From an uncultured Candidatus Saccharibacteria bacterium (GTDB taxonomy: Bacteria > Patescibacteriota > Minisyncoccia > CAIUEV01 > JAHKAQ01): DNA of 64,000 nucleotides. Below the pieces are notes generated by a model. That model was given only the letters and a program-made list of their open reading frames with translations. It searched no databases and was not told where the DNA came from. Shown here one piece after another: positions 46,585 through 56,222 of this stretch. The stretch's first letter is position 1. Each line of letters opens with the position of its first letter. The stretch is from contig CAZRBB010000003.1 of NCBI GenBank assembly GCA_964598205.1, positions 115,186 to 179,185 on the forward strand, read 5' to 3'. The translations under genes were made by a program, and so were the position numbers.

Positions 46585-47523
46585 ATGTTGAGTCAATTGA
46601 AATTTGGGGGTGTGGTTTTTTCCTTGGGTATTTTGTTTATTGGCTTAACCACTCCAGTAAAGGCAGCGAACTATGATCTTTTTGTGGATGCTAATGCTAC
46701 TGCTAGAGGGAATGGTAGCGAAGCTCTTCCTTATCTAACAATTACTCAGGCTCTAACAGCGGCAGTTGAGGGGGATAAGATATTAATCAAAGATGGAACT
46801 TATGAAGAAAGTCTTAATGTTCCCGAAAGAGTGGAATTATATGGAGAAAGTAAAAGTGGGGTGGTAATAGATGGGGGAGAAGATGGAATAACAGTTACTT
46901 TAAGTCATAAGTCAAAGTTAAAAAAATTAACAATTACAGGAGGAGATACTGGTGTTTTAGTTCCAGAAAGAGCGGGGGCGACTTTAAGTAATGTAAAAAT
47001 TAAGAAGGCTGATCATGATGGACTAGTCTTAGAAGGAGACCAAAAAACTAGAGAATCAGAAAAATACAAGAGGACGATTAAGGACTGTACAATTAAAGAC
47101 AATGACAATAAAGGAATTTATGCTAAAAAGAGCCAGCTTTCTATTGATGATTCAGAAATTTCGGAAAATGGCGAAGAGGGCGTTGATCTAAGAAAAGGGA
47201 TAAAGGTGGAAATGAAGAATAACGAACTCAGTGGAAATGGTGAAGGAAATTTGGAATTTAAAATAGATGAAGCGGATCTAGATATTAAGAGTAACTCTTT
47301 TTTGAAAGCCGGATCGAGTTCTATTGGTGCTCAGTCTTATCAGGGAAGAGGCGGAGAAATTTTAATAGAGGGGAATAAAATAAGCGGCAGTAAGCATTTT
47401 GGTTTGCGGTGTTCTGTTCAGCAAGTAAAGCCTCAAGGAGGATGGGCAAACCAGCTGTTTCTTGTAAACAATTCTTTCTCGAATAACAACAAAGGAAACA
47501 TCTCTCCTGATTGTGGTTTTTAG
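46585..47523 (+). CDS. Secreted right-handed parallel beta-helix repeat protein
   Basis: Signal peptide, then repeats of the G..G..I.N..I..N-type characteristic of the pectin-lyase fold. Confidence 0.6.
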   Translation: MLSQLKFGGVVFSLGILFIGLTTPVKAANYDLFVDANATARGNGSEALPYLTITQALTAAVEGDKILIKDGTYEESLNVPERVELYGESKSGVVIDGGEDGITVTLSHKSKLKKLTITGGDTGVLVPERAGATLSNVKIKKADHDGLVLEGDQKTRESEKYKRTIKDCTIKDNDNKGIYAKKSQLSIDDSEISENGEEGVDLRKGIKVEMKNNELSGNGEGNLEFKIDEADLDIKSNSFLKAGSSSIGAQSYQGRGGEILIEGNKISGSKHFGLRCSVQQVKPQGGWANQLFLVNNSFSNNNKGNISPDCGF

Positions 47524-47538
47524 TTTTTAATTAAATAA

Positions 47539-48021
47539 ATGATAGCCAAAAATAAAAATAAAAAAGAAAAAGTTTGCGTAATAGACGATGAGCCGGCTTT
47601 TAGGGAAATTTACGGAAGAAAGTTTAGGGATTCTGGTTACGAGGTGGTTTCCGCTAAAGATGTTGGAGAAGGTTTTAAGGTAATTTTGGATGAAATGCCA
47701 GATATTGTTTTTTTGGATATTATTTTACCGAATGGAGAAAGCGGAATGGATCTTTTAGCCAAGCTTAAATACAATCAAAGAACCAGAGAAATTCCCGTGG
47801 TTCTTTTGACTAACATGGATTCCAGTGAATTGCGCGAACAGGGTTGTCGAATAGGGGCTTTATATTTCCTAACCAAGGCGAATTTTTTGCCATCAGAATT
47901 AGTTGAATTGACTAGGGAAATTTTGGCGGTTAGAGATTATGAAAAAAATTATTCAAAAAATGTGATCAACGATAAGCCTTACATTAATAATTTTAATAAT
48001 GTTACTCCATCCCAGCATTAA
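47539..48021 (+). CDS. Stand-alone response-regulator receiver (CheY-like) domain protein
   Basis: VCVIDDE, phospho-acceptor in FLDIILP, T/K positions conserved. Confidence 0.75.
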   Translation: MIAKNKNKKEKVCVIDDEPAFREIYGRKFRDSGYEVVSAKDVGEGFKVILDEMPDIVFLDIILPNGESGMDLLAKLKYNQRTREIPVVLLTNMDSSELREQGCRIGALYFLTKANFLPSELVELTREILAVRDYEKNYSKNVINDKPYINNFNNVTPSQH

Positions 48022-48144
48022 TGGACTAGTTGCTTCCCAAAACGGTTGGTTGTAAAATGAAAAGTGCGCAAAAATAAAATACAAAAATTAAAATAAAAAG
48101 AAAATAAAAAGAAAATCGAGTTCTACTCTTGCAAGAGTCAAAAA

Positions 48145-48170
48145 CAGCCCCAGGGTGACTTCAGGGGCTG
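48145..48170. terminator. Bidirectional hairpin terminator between convergent genes
   Basis: cagcccc-agggtgacttca-ggggctg, with a U-run on the minus-strand side. Confidence 0.5.
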
Positions 48171-48191
48171 TTTAATTTCTGCCCCAATCTG

Positions 48192-49178
48192 TTAAAACTC
48201 GACACGATTAGGAACGCTAGCGATTTTTTCTTTCCCTAAAGTCTTAATAATGATTGAAATGTTTTTATGGTTTCTAATCCGTGGATAGTAGTGGCCAAGA
48301 ACCCCACCGATTTTTTTAAGATCTTGAAAATTTAGAAAAGACTTGTCAAAGTTTCGCACTAAAAGAAATGGTCCAAGAAAATCTTTTAAGGAAATTAAAA
48401 TATCTTTTTGGGAATTGTAGCTTTGAATAAGTTTTTCATTTTCTTCTTTATTTCTTCCAATAATCACTAATCTTTTTTTAAAGAAAAAAACTCGTCCAAG
48501 TTTTAACAAGGAAACATCGGAAAGATTAGTTTTTGGACTATTCTTTAAAAGGGCGGTTAATCTTTCGCTGTAACCAGGGTCGGTTAAGAGACATCCGCCA
48601 GCAGGAGAGGGATAATATTTTACTCCGTAGCGGTGGGCAAGTTCTAGTTGGTGCTTCCTTCCGCGACCACGAATATTTAGTAGATTTTTAGGACTTATTA
48701 ATTTTTCTTTTTCATATATGGTTGTTGGGAGGATTTTGGCAGAGAGAGGCCGGAGAATTTTTCCCTTAAGACCGCTTTTTCTTTCTATTAATTCTAAAGC
48801 GTTTTTGTTTTGGGACATTGGTCGTTGTCCTAAGACTTCACCACTGGCTAGAATATTAAAATTTTTCTCTTTGAATATTTTAGTTGCTGCCCGGAGCATT
48901 GCTAGTCTACAGTCTAGGCAGGGATTAAGATTTTTACCATAACCAAAGTGAGGATTCTTAATAAGAGTAAGGTGTTTTTTAGAAAAATCAGAAGAAAGAA
49001 GCTTTATTTTATTTTTTTTGGCGTAGAGGTGAGCTTTTTGGGAATCAAGAAAAATACTTTTAAGATAAAAAGCGGTAACAATTATACCGGAAGCTTCTAA
49101 GATTTTGCACGCCAAAATAGAATCTAATCCTCCAGAAAAAAGTACAAGTGCGCTCGGCGAATTATTTTTATTGTTCAT
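48192..49178 (-). CDS. THUMP-less ThiI-like PP-loop ATPase (tRNA sulfurtransferase family)
   Basis: PP-loop SGGLDS at residues 15-20, ThiI-like GEVLGQRPMSQ, and CxxC (CLDC). Confidence 0.55.
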   Translation of the reverse strand: MNNKNNSPSALVLFSGGLDSILACKILEASGIIVTAFYLKSIFLDSQKAHLYAKKNKIKLLSSDFSKKHLTLIKNPHFGYGKNLNPCLDCRLAMLRAATKIFKEKNFNILASGEVLGQRPMSQNKNALELIERKSGLKGKILRPLSAKILPTTIYEKEKLISPKNLLNIRGRGRKHQLELAHRYGVKYYPSPAGGCLLTDPGYSERLTALLKNSPKTNLSDVSLLKLGRVFFFKKRLVIIGRNKEENEKLIQSYNSQKDILISLKDFLGPFLLVRNFDKSFLNFQDLKKIGGVLGHYYPRIRNHKNISIIIKTLGKEKIASVPNRVEF

Positions 49179-49249
49179 TAGTTTCTTTACAAGCGGTTTA
49201 TCAAAAACTATACTCTTTTAGAGGAGGTGGCTTATTTTTAAATAGTATT

Positions 49250-49861
49250 ATGTCCGAATCTCTAGAATATCTTTTTGGCTCCAAGTTAAAATTAAGGATC
49301 CTAAAGACTCTGATATTAAACTCAAGTTTGAGTTTTACGGCAAGCGAAATAGCAGGAAGAATTAAATGTCCAATGGCTTCGGTAAGAAGCGAGCTTGAAA
49401 AAATGAAAAAGGTAGAGTTGGTTTTGTGTAAAATAAAAAAGAAAAAAAAGAACTATACTATTAATCGGGATTTTCCTTTTTACCCGGAAATAAAAAAAGT
49501 TGTTAGTAAATGTACAATTACTCCAGAAAGCAAAACATTAAAAGGGATAAAAACGGCGGGTTCGATTATTTATGCTGCTCTAACTGGAATTTTTACCGAT
49601 AATCGGAAGGCAGTAGTAGATTTGTTGGTGGTAGGAGACAGCTTAAGAAAGACCAAGATTAGAAAAATTGTGGCAGAGTTAGAAGCGGAAACGGGTAAAG
49701 AAATTCGTTATTCTATTCTTTCGTCTAAAGAAATGTTTTATCGAATGGAAATGTTCGATAAATTTATTACAGAAATTATGGGTGGCCCTAAATTGGTTTT
49801 AGTGGATAAAATTCAACAGGCCAAGAAAAAGCTGAGGAGTAATTTTCATAATGGTCAGTGA
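49250..49861 (+). CDS. Hypothetical protein with an N-terminal winged-helix-like segment; start uncertain
   Basis: ORF frame 49148..49861 with first ATG at 49250; LRILKTLILNSSLSFTASEIAGRIKCPMASVRSELEKM resembles a wHTH. Confidence 0.4.
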   Translation: MSESLEYLFGSKLKLRILKTLILNSSLSFTASEIAGRIKCPMASVRSELEKMKKVELVLCKIKKKKKNYTINRDFPFYPEIKKVVSKCTITPESKTLKGIKTAGSIIYAALTGIFTDNRKAVVDLLVVGDSLRKTKIRKIVAELEAETGKEIRYSILSSKEMFYRMEMFDKFITEIMGGPKLVLVDKIQQAKKKLRSNFHNGQ

Positions 49862-50198
49862 GATTAGAAAAGGAGCGATTAATCGTTTTTTATTTTTTGG
49901 GTCAGCCCTGATTAATCTTTCGGCCTTTTTTTTGGTTTTAGGAAAGTTAATGATTTTGCCTGAGCCGATCATTCTTAAATACAATGCTTTTTTGGGAGTT
50001 AGTTTGGAGGGAGATAAAAGAGAGGCACTGGTACTTCCCTTTTTGGGGCTGGCCGTGTTTTTGATTGATTGGTTTTTGGTTCTTTCCCTAGGAAAAGATA
50101 ACAAGATTGCTTTGCGAATACTCTTGAGTAATAGTTTTTTGTTTAATTTAATTATTTTGATTGCTGTTTTTTCTTTGGTTTTAGTAAATGGAATATGA
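49851..50198 (+). CDS. Small membrane protein (3 TM)
   Basis: 115-aa ORF overlapping its neighbours in operon style. Confidence 0.4.
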   Translation: MVSEIRKGAINRFLFFGSALINLSAFFLVLGKLMILPEPIILKYNAFLGVSLEGDKREALVLPFLGLAVFLIDWFLVLSLGKDNKIALRILLSNSFLFNLIILIAVFSLVLVNGI

Positions 50199-51721
50199 AA
50201 TATCCTTCTTTGCCTGAGCCGGGAATGCCGGAATATAAGTTACAGCGCTGGTTAGCAATGGTCCCCGGGGTTCTAACTTGGTCGACCTTGATTGGTGCTT
50301 TTGTTTTTTCTTTTTGGCAGCCAGTTTGGGTGGCAGTTTTTGTAATTATTTATGATCTTTATTGGTTATTTAAAGCATTGGTGATTGGTGGTCACTCCAT
50401 TTTGGCTTATAGAAGAATGAGACGAATAGTAAAAATCAATTGGCTTAGAAAATGCCAGAATATTAAGAATAGTCATGGTCTTGATCTTAAAGAAATAGTT
50501 CACTTAATTGTGATTCCTTATTGTCAGGAGGGTTTAGAGATCTTAGAGCCCACGATTAAGGCAATTGCAGATTCTAATTTTTTACTTGATCAGGTAGTCG
50601 TGGTAATGAGCGGAGAAAAAAAGGCAGGACCAGGAGTGGGGGAAAGAGGATTAATTTTGAAGGAAAAATACGGTCGATTTTTTAGGACTTTTTTAACCAC
50701 TGTTCATCCTGTTTCTTCTGGAAAAATGAGCAATAAATCGGCTAACGCTAATTGGGCGGCCGAAAAAGGAATCGCTTATTTGAAAAAAGAAAATATTGAT
50801 TCGGATCGAGTAATTGTTTCTAACTTTGACTGCGATACTTGCATTCACAAGCAATATTTGGCGAATGTGACTTATCGGTTCTTGGCTAGTAAAAATCGTT
50901 ATCGTGAAAGCTACCAACCTCTGCCAATGTATAACAATAATATTTGGGATACGATCGCCATTGTTCGTGTAGTTTCCTTAGGCTGTTCTTTTTGGCACAT
51001 GATAGAAAGCACGCGTCCAGAAAGATTAATCACTTTTTCATCTCACTCCATGAGTTTAAAGGCTCTTTTGGATGTTGGTTTGTGGCAAAGAGATGTAATT
51101 AGTGACGACTCGGCTATTTTTTGGCAGTGCTATATTTTTTATGATGGCGACTATCGTAGCGTTCCTCTTTACATTCCAGTCTCTATGGATGCCACTCTTT
51201 CTACTAGTGTAAAGAAAACAATTATCAATGAGTACAAACAAAAAAGGCGCTGGGCTTACGGAATTGAGCATTTTCCAAGAGTGACTCGGGCCTTTCTTCG
51301 CAATAAAAAAATCCCTTTTGGTGAGCGATTGCGACATTTGGGGATTATCTTGGGTGGACATTATTCTTGGGCCACTTCTTCTCTGTTAATTATGATTTTG
51401 GGTTGGCTGCCTTTGTTTATAGGGGGGTCAAAATTCAATGAAACGGTCTTGGCTCATTATTTGCCTCTTTTAACAAGAAATATCTTGATAATAGCGATGC
51501 TAGGACTTTTGGTTTCTACTTTTTTAAGTTTCTTTCTGCTTCCTCCTAAACCCAAGCGCTACGGGAAGGCAAAGTATATTCCAATGGTTTTTCAATGGGC
51601 ACTGGTTCCTGTGATTGCTTCTTTAATGGGTTCTATTCCCGCAATAGATTCCCAAACTCGCTTAATGTTGGGGAAATATGTTAATCGGTTCTGGGTAAGC
51701 GAAAAGATAAGAAAAAAATAA
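50195..51721 (+). CDS. Membrane-bound family 2 glycosyltransferase
   Basis: DCD (DxD), QKRRW (QxxRW), and N- and C-terminal TM helices. Confidence 0.65.
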   Translation: MKYPSLPEPGMPEYKLQRWLAMVPGVLTWSTLIGAFVFSFWQPVWVAVFVIIYDLYWLFKALVIGGHSILAYRRMRRIVKINWLRKCQNIKNSHGLDLKEIVHLIVIPYCQEGLEILEPTIKAIADSNFLLDQVVVVMSGEKKAGPGVGERGLILKEKYGRFFRTFLTTVHPVSSGKMSNKSANANWAAEKGIAYLKKENIDSDRVIVSNFDCDTCIHKQYLANVTYRFLASKNRYRESYQPLPMYNNNIWDTIAIVRVVSLGCSFWHMIESTRPERLITFSSHSMSLKALLDVGLWQRDVISDDSAIFWQCYIFYDGDYRSVPLYIPVSMDATLSTSVKKTIINEYKQKRRWAYGIEHFPRVTRAFLRNKKIPFGERLRHLGIILGGHYSWATSSLLIMILGWLPLFIGGSKFNETVLAHYLPLLTRNILIIAMLGLLVSTFLSFFLLPPKPKRYGKAKYIPMVFQWALVPVIASLMGSIPAIDSQTRLMLGKYVNRFWVSEKIRKK

Positions 51722-52707
51722 TGCTTCCTCTTTTTTTTATTTTTTTTGGATCTTTTATTTTTGTTGTTTCTGCTCTGCAATTTTTTAAGAGAAGAAAAGA
51801 AAATAAAGGTTTTTTCCCGCGTGGTGGTGGGTTAGTGTTGAGTCTGGTCTCTCTTTTTATTTTGACTGTTATTTTTTTTGGAGGAAATTTTTTTGGAATT
51901 AGAGCTAAGGATTATTGGAGTATTTTGATTGCTCAACTAATAATTATTGGTGGGGGATCCTGGGATGATAGGCGAGGACTTTCACCGATTTATCAGTTGG
52001 GGTATCAGGTATTGGCGATTCTTTTTTTGGTTTTGGCGGGAGACCTAATAAATCATGTGCAAATTCCTTTATTGGGAATTACGGAGCTTCCTTTTTGGAT
52101 AAACATTTTATTAACTTTTTTTTGGTTTTTAGTGGTGTTGAATTCTTTTAATTGGTTTGATGGTTTAAATGGCTTGGCTGGTGGATCGGCAGTGCTAAGT
52201 TTAGCTGCTCTTTTTTGGATTAACTTTTTTTCTTTGACTTCTCAAGCCGATGTAACGGCGATGATTGCTGTTACTGTTGGAGTAACGGCTGGTTTTTTAC
52301 TTTTTAATTTTAAAGGAGAGATTCAACTAGGAACTGCTGGAAGTGGATTTTTGGGTCTTTTACTGGCGCTTTTTTCTGTTTATTTAGGTGGCAAGGTGGC
52401 GGCAGCAGCTTTTATTTTAGCGCTTCCCGTTTTGGATTTTTTCTGGGTTTGTTTTTTGAGGATTAAAAATGGGGAAAGACCTTGGCAGGGAGGTGATCGT
52501 CGACATCTGCATTATTATTTAATAGATAAAGGATGGAGAAAGGATAGCGTGGTATCGTTTTTTTATTTTGGGAATTTTATTTTGGGAATTTTAGCTTTTT
52601 TGATTCAAGGAATTTTGAATTGGAGTTCTTTTTTCTTTTTGGTGGCTGTTTTGGGTCTAATTTTAGGAGGGCAAGCAACGAGAGATTGTTTGAGATTTAA
52701 GAAATAA
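51721..52707 (+). CDS. MraY/WecA-family polyprenyl-phosphate N-acetylhexosamine-1-phosphate transferase
   Basis: NSFNWFDGLNGLAGG motif; 10+ TM helices. Confidence 0.8.
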   Translation: MLPLFFIFFGSFIFVVSALQFFKRRKENKGFFPRGGGLVLSLVSLFILTVIFFGGNFFGIRAKDYWSILIAQLIIIGGGSWDDRRGLSPIYQLGYQVLAILFLVLAGDLINHVQIPLLGITELPFWINILLTFFWFLVVLNSFNWFDGLNGLAGGSAVLSLAALFWINFFSLTSQADVTAMIAVTVGVTAGFLLFNFKGEIQLGTAGSGFLGLLLALFSVYLGGKVAAAAFILALPVLDFFWVCFLRIKNGERPWQGGDRRHLHYYLIDKGWRKDSVVSFFYFGNFILGILAFLIQGILNWSSFFFLVAVLGLILGGQATRDCLRFKK

Positions 52708-52775
52708 AACTGTTCTTTGTTGACCAGTTTTTTTCTTAATGCTTTAATGGCGGGATAAAGAATTAAAAGAAAATA

Positions 52776-53096
52776 ATGCTGGCAGTTATAAAAACAGGCG
52801 GAAAACAATACTTAGTAAAAGAAGGTGATAAAGTTAAAATAGAAAAAGTTTCTCTAAAAGAAGGGGAGAGTATTTCTTTCGGTGAAGTGCTTTTGGCTTT
52901 TGGAGAAGATGAGAAAAATTTGAAACTGGGAAAGCCATTTTTAAATGGGGCAGAAGTTCAAGGAAAGGTAGTCAAACAAGGATTTAAAAAGAAAGTCACT
53001 ATTCTTAAAAAGAAACCCAAGAAACGCTATCAACTTAAAAAAGGTCATCGGCAACCTTATTCAGAGGTGGAGATTTCTAAGATTAAGATTGGCTAA
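52776..53096 (+). CDS. rplU: 50S ribosomal protein L21
   Basis: MLAVIKTGGKQYLVKEGD... bL21 N-terminus and a basic C-terminal tail. Confidence 0.9.
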   Translation: MLAVIKTGGKQYLVKEGDKVKIEKVSLKEGESISFGEVLLAFGEDEKNLKLGKPFLNGAEVQGKVVKQGFKKKVTILKKKPKKRYQLKKGHRQPYSEVEISKIKIG

Positions 53097-53100
53097 TTTT

Positions 53101-53126
53101 AGAACTTATGCGCCTGGCGTAGTCCT
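53101..53126 (+). repeat. Dispersed TIR repeat family, minimal ends-only copy H
   Basis: gaacttatgcgcc|tggcgtagtcctaa, i.e. left-end and right-end motifs joined. Confidence 0.5.
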
Positions 53127-53130
53127 AAAA

Positions 53131-53727
53131 TTAGAATCCTGATCGATTATTAAAAGATTCTCTCATTGATTCGGTGTCGGCATAGCCGATTTCTCCTCCA
53201 GTTGGAAGGCCTCGTCCGAGGCGGGTTATTTTTAGTTTAGGGAATTGTTCTAATATTTCTTTGATTAGGGTGGCGGTGGCTTCTCCGGTGGAAGTAAAGT
53301 TGGTGGCAATAATTACTTCTTTAATTTTTTCTTTTAAGATCCTTTCTTTTAGTTCAGTGATTTTTAACTTATTTAGATTGTTTTTTCCGCCGATTCCTAG
53401 CGTTCCTCCTAGAACATGGTAGGTTCCCTTGTAGATTGCTTTTTCTTCTATGGCCATTAAATCTAGAGGGCTTTCTGTTACGCAGAGCAGTTCCTTGATT
53501 CTTTCTGGATCTTGACAGATAGAGCAAAGATGATCTTCTGTTAAATTAAAACAAATTGGGCAAAATTTCCCCAATCGTAAGTGATCTAAGGCTTCTTTAA
53601 AGCCTTCTAATTCAGTGGCTGGTTTTTTGATTAGGTAAAGGGCTATTCGTTCGGCGCTTTTGGGGCCGATAGCTGGAAGTCTAGATAAAAGCGAAATTGC
53701 TCTTTGGATATTTCTAGGAAATGGCAT
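53131..53727 (-). CDS. recR: Recombination protein RecR
   Basis: HhH N-terminus, C4 zinc finger CPICFNL...CSIC, and a Toprim domain. Confidence 0.9.
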   Translation of the reverse strand: MPFPRNIQRAISLLSRLPAIGPKSAERIALYLIKKPATELEGFKEALDHLRLGKFCPICFNLTEDHLCSICQDPERIKELLCVTESPLDLMAIEEKAIYKGTYHVLGGTLGIGGKNNLNKLKITELKERILKEKIKEVIIATNFTSTGEATATLIKEILEQFPKLKITRLGRGLPTGGEIGYADTESMRESFNNRSGF

Positions 53728-53733
53728 AAAAAT

Positions 53734-55155
53734 TTAAAAACTGATTTCTTGTTTAGTTGGTGTCGGTGTGTTGTGTCGGGCGTCTATTTCCATGAACTTT
53801 ACTGAGTTTTCATTGAAAAAGAGCTCTGCTTTACCAATAGGGCCATTACGATGCTTGGCGATGTGAATTTCAGCGATATTTTTATTAGTAGAGTCTTGTT
53901 TTTCTCGGTCTTCTCGGTAAATAAACATTACTACATCTGCATCTTGTTCAATGGAGCCTGACTCGCGTAAATCGGAAAGCTTGGGAATTTGTGGGGAACG
54001 GCTTTCTACTGCTCTAGAAAGTTGGCTTAGGGCAAGAACGGGGACATTTAACTCTCTCGCCAGTTGTTTTAGTGAACGAGAAATTTCGGAAATTTCTTGG
54101 ACACGATTTTCGGTGTTGCCACGGCCTTCCATTAACTGAAGATAGTCAACAATAATTAAGCCCAAATTTTGTTCTGCTTGCAGGCGTCTAGCCATTGCTC
54201 GAATTTGCATAATATTGGTAGTACCGGAGTCGTCAATAAAAATCGGTGCTTCTGAAAGAAAACCCATGGCGTCTCCAAGTCTTTGAAAGTCGCTGTAGTC
54301 ACCTTTGTCAGAGAGCTTTCCCGTTCTTAATTTCCAAAGATCAACCTCTGCTTCCGAAGAAAGCATACGATCGACTAGTTGGTCCTTGCTCATTTCCAAA
54401 GAAAACATAGCCACTGGCTTTTTTTGCTTAACGGCAACATCGCGCATTATGTCTAAGGAAAGAGTGGTTTTTCCAAGACTGGGTCTGGCGGCTAAAATAA
54501 TCAAGTCGGATTTTTGGAAACCAGCTAAAATATTATCTAGGCTTTTAAATCCCGAAGACACTCCTCGCAAAGAACCCTTGTTTTTATGAAGTTCGTCAAT
54601 GCGATTAAAAGCATCTTCTAAGATATCTTTAATGGGGACAAAATCTTGTTTTAAAAAGTTTTGACTAACGGAAAATAATTTTCTTTCTGCCTCGTCTAGC
54701 ATTTTTTCTACATCTTCGTTTTCCTGGTAGGCCATTTCTGCTATTTGGGAAGCTGATTCTATTAAGCGCCTAAGAGTGGCTTTTTTAGCAACGGTTTTGG
54801 CGTAGAAAGCAGCATTGGTAGCAACGGGCATTTCGTTGGCTAGTTCTGTTAAGTAGGTGTTTCCGCCAATTTCTTGAAGAATTTTTTTTTCTCGTAACCG
54901 ACCGGCAACACTGATTAAATCTATAGGGTCGTTTTTTTCGTAAAGTTCCAGCATTGTTTCGAAGATGAGCTGGTTTTTTCGGCCGTAAAAGTCTTGGCTT
55001 CGAAGAATGTCTACTACTTTATTAGCTGCCTTTTCTTCGATCATCAAAGAGCCAAGAACGCTTTGTTCGGCGATTAAATCGTGAGGAGGGATGCGGAGAT
55101 TTTCTGTGGGAGCATTTTTTTGAATGGTGTCCCGTTTAATTTTTTTAACCATCAA
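53734..55155 (-). CDS. dnaB: Replicative DNA helicase DnaB
   Basis: Walker A ARPSLGKTT and the DnaB C-terminal RecA-like domain with IIVDYLQLM. Confidence 0.9.
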   Translation of the reverse strand: MMVKKIKRDTIQKNAPTENLRIPPHDLIAEQSVLGSLMIEEKAANKVVDILRSQDFYGRKNQLIFETMLELYEKNDPIDLISVAGRLREKKILQEIGGNTYLTELANEMPVATNAAFYAKTVAKKATLRRLIESASQIAEMAYQENEDVEKMLDEAERKLFSVSQNFLKQDFVPIKDILEDAFNRIDELHKNKGSLRGVSSGFKSLDNILAGFQKSDLIILAARPSLGKTTLSLDIMRDVAVKQKKPVAMFSLEMSKDQLVDRMLSSEAEVDLWKLRTGKLSDKGDYSDFQRLGDAMGFLSEAPIFIDDSGTTNIMQIRAMARRLQAEQNLGLIIVDYLQLMEGRGNTENRVQEISEISRSLKQLARELNVPVLALSQLSRAVESRSPQIPKLSDLRESGSIEQDADVVMFIYREDREKQDSTNKNIAEIHIAKHRNGPIGKAELFFNENSVKFMEIDARHNTPTPTKQEISF

Positions 55156-55166
55156 AGAGTGAAAAA

Positions 55167-56222
55167 TTAGTTGTTTATTTCTTTCATTAGGCTGGCGATT
55201 TCGGCAAGAGAATTGATGCTAGTAATTCTGTGCCTGAATTCTTTAGCTCCAGGAAAGCCTTTAAAATACCAAAGGAGATGCTTCCTTGATTCTAAGAGGC
55301 CATGTGTTCCTTTTAGTATATGCGAATAACGAGCGTGCTCCAAGGCAGTTTCTTTGACTAGTTGCCAAGGTGGTTTTTTTTCTGAAAGATTTGGATTTTT
55401 ATTTTTCAAACAAAGAAGCTCTAGAAAAATAAATGGTTGGCCTAGGCTTCCCGCACCTATTCCTAAGCCGTCGGCCCCAGAAGCTTGAAGCATTCTTTGG
55501 CCACTAGAAAGACTATTAATTCCGCCATTGGCAATGATAGTCCCTTTAAAAATAGAACGAGCTTCTTGGAATGCGGTGTAGTCTGGGTTTCCTTGAAACC
55601 CTTGCTCATAGGTTCGACCGTGAATCATCAGTGCCTGAATGCCAAGAGAATTTATTTTAATTCTTTTTAGAAAATCCGCCAGTCGGAATCCTTTAACCCC
55701 GGCGCGAACTTTAATGGAAAGAGGGAGATTGGTATTTTTTCTGACAGTTTGAATAATATTTTTTGCAAGTTCCGGATCAAGCATTAGAGCACAACCCGAT
55801 CCATGACTAAAAACTTTTTTTGCCGGACAACCGAAATTAATATCAATGCCTGCCGGAGGGGTAAGGGTTTCTGGGGAAGAAGGTGATGATTTTGAAGAAT
55901 AATTAATTGTGGGGACTCCTTTGCTAATAATTTGGGCGGCTTTGGCAAAATGTTCTGGAGTTTTTCCAAAAAGCTGAACAACATAGGGCTGTTCTTCTAT
56001 GGAAAAGCGGAGAAGGTTTAAGGTGCGCTCGGGCTTAAAATAGAGGGCGGAGGCGGAGGCCATTTCTGAATAAACAATGTCGGCACCGTTTTTTTTGCAA
56101 ATTAAACGAAAAGCGGAATCGGTAATACCAGCCATAGGAGCTAGGCAGAGAAGGGGCTTGGGACCGGTCCAAAAGTTAGAGTTATTTTTTACAGAGTTCA
56201 TAGGCGCCGTCTTTTTGGTCAT
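55167..56222 (-). CDS. dus: tRNA-dihydrouridine synthase
   Basis: LAPMAGITD; TIM-barrel FMN motifs. Confidence 0.8.
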   Translation of the reverse strand: MTKKTAPMNSVKNNSNFWTGPKPLLCLAPMAGITDSAFRLICKKNGADIVYSEMASASALYFKPERTLNLLRFSIEEQPYVVQLFGKTPEHFAKAAQIISKGVPTINYSSKSSPSSPETLTPPAGIDINFGCPAKKVFSHGSGCALMLDPELAKNIIQTVRKNTNLPLSIKVRAGVKGFRLADFLKRIKINSLGIQALMIHGRTYEQGFQGNPDYTAFQEARSIFKGTIIANGGINSLSSGQRMLQASGADGLGIGAGSLGQPFIFLELLCLKNKNPNLSEKKPPWQLVKETALEHARYSHILKGTHGLLESRKHLLWYFKGFPGAKEFRHRITSINSLAEIASLMKEINN

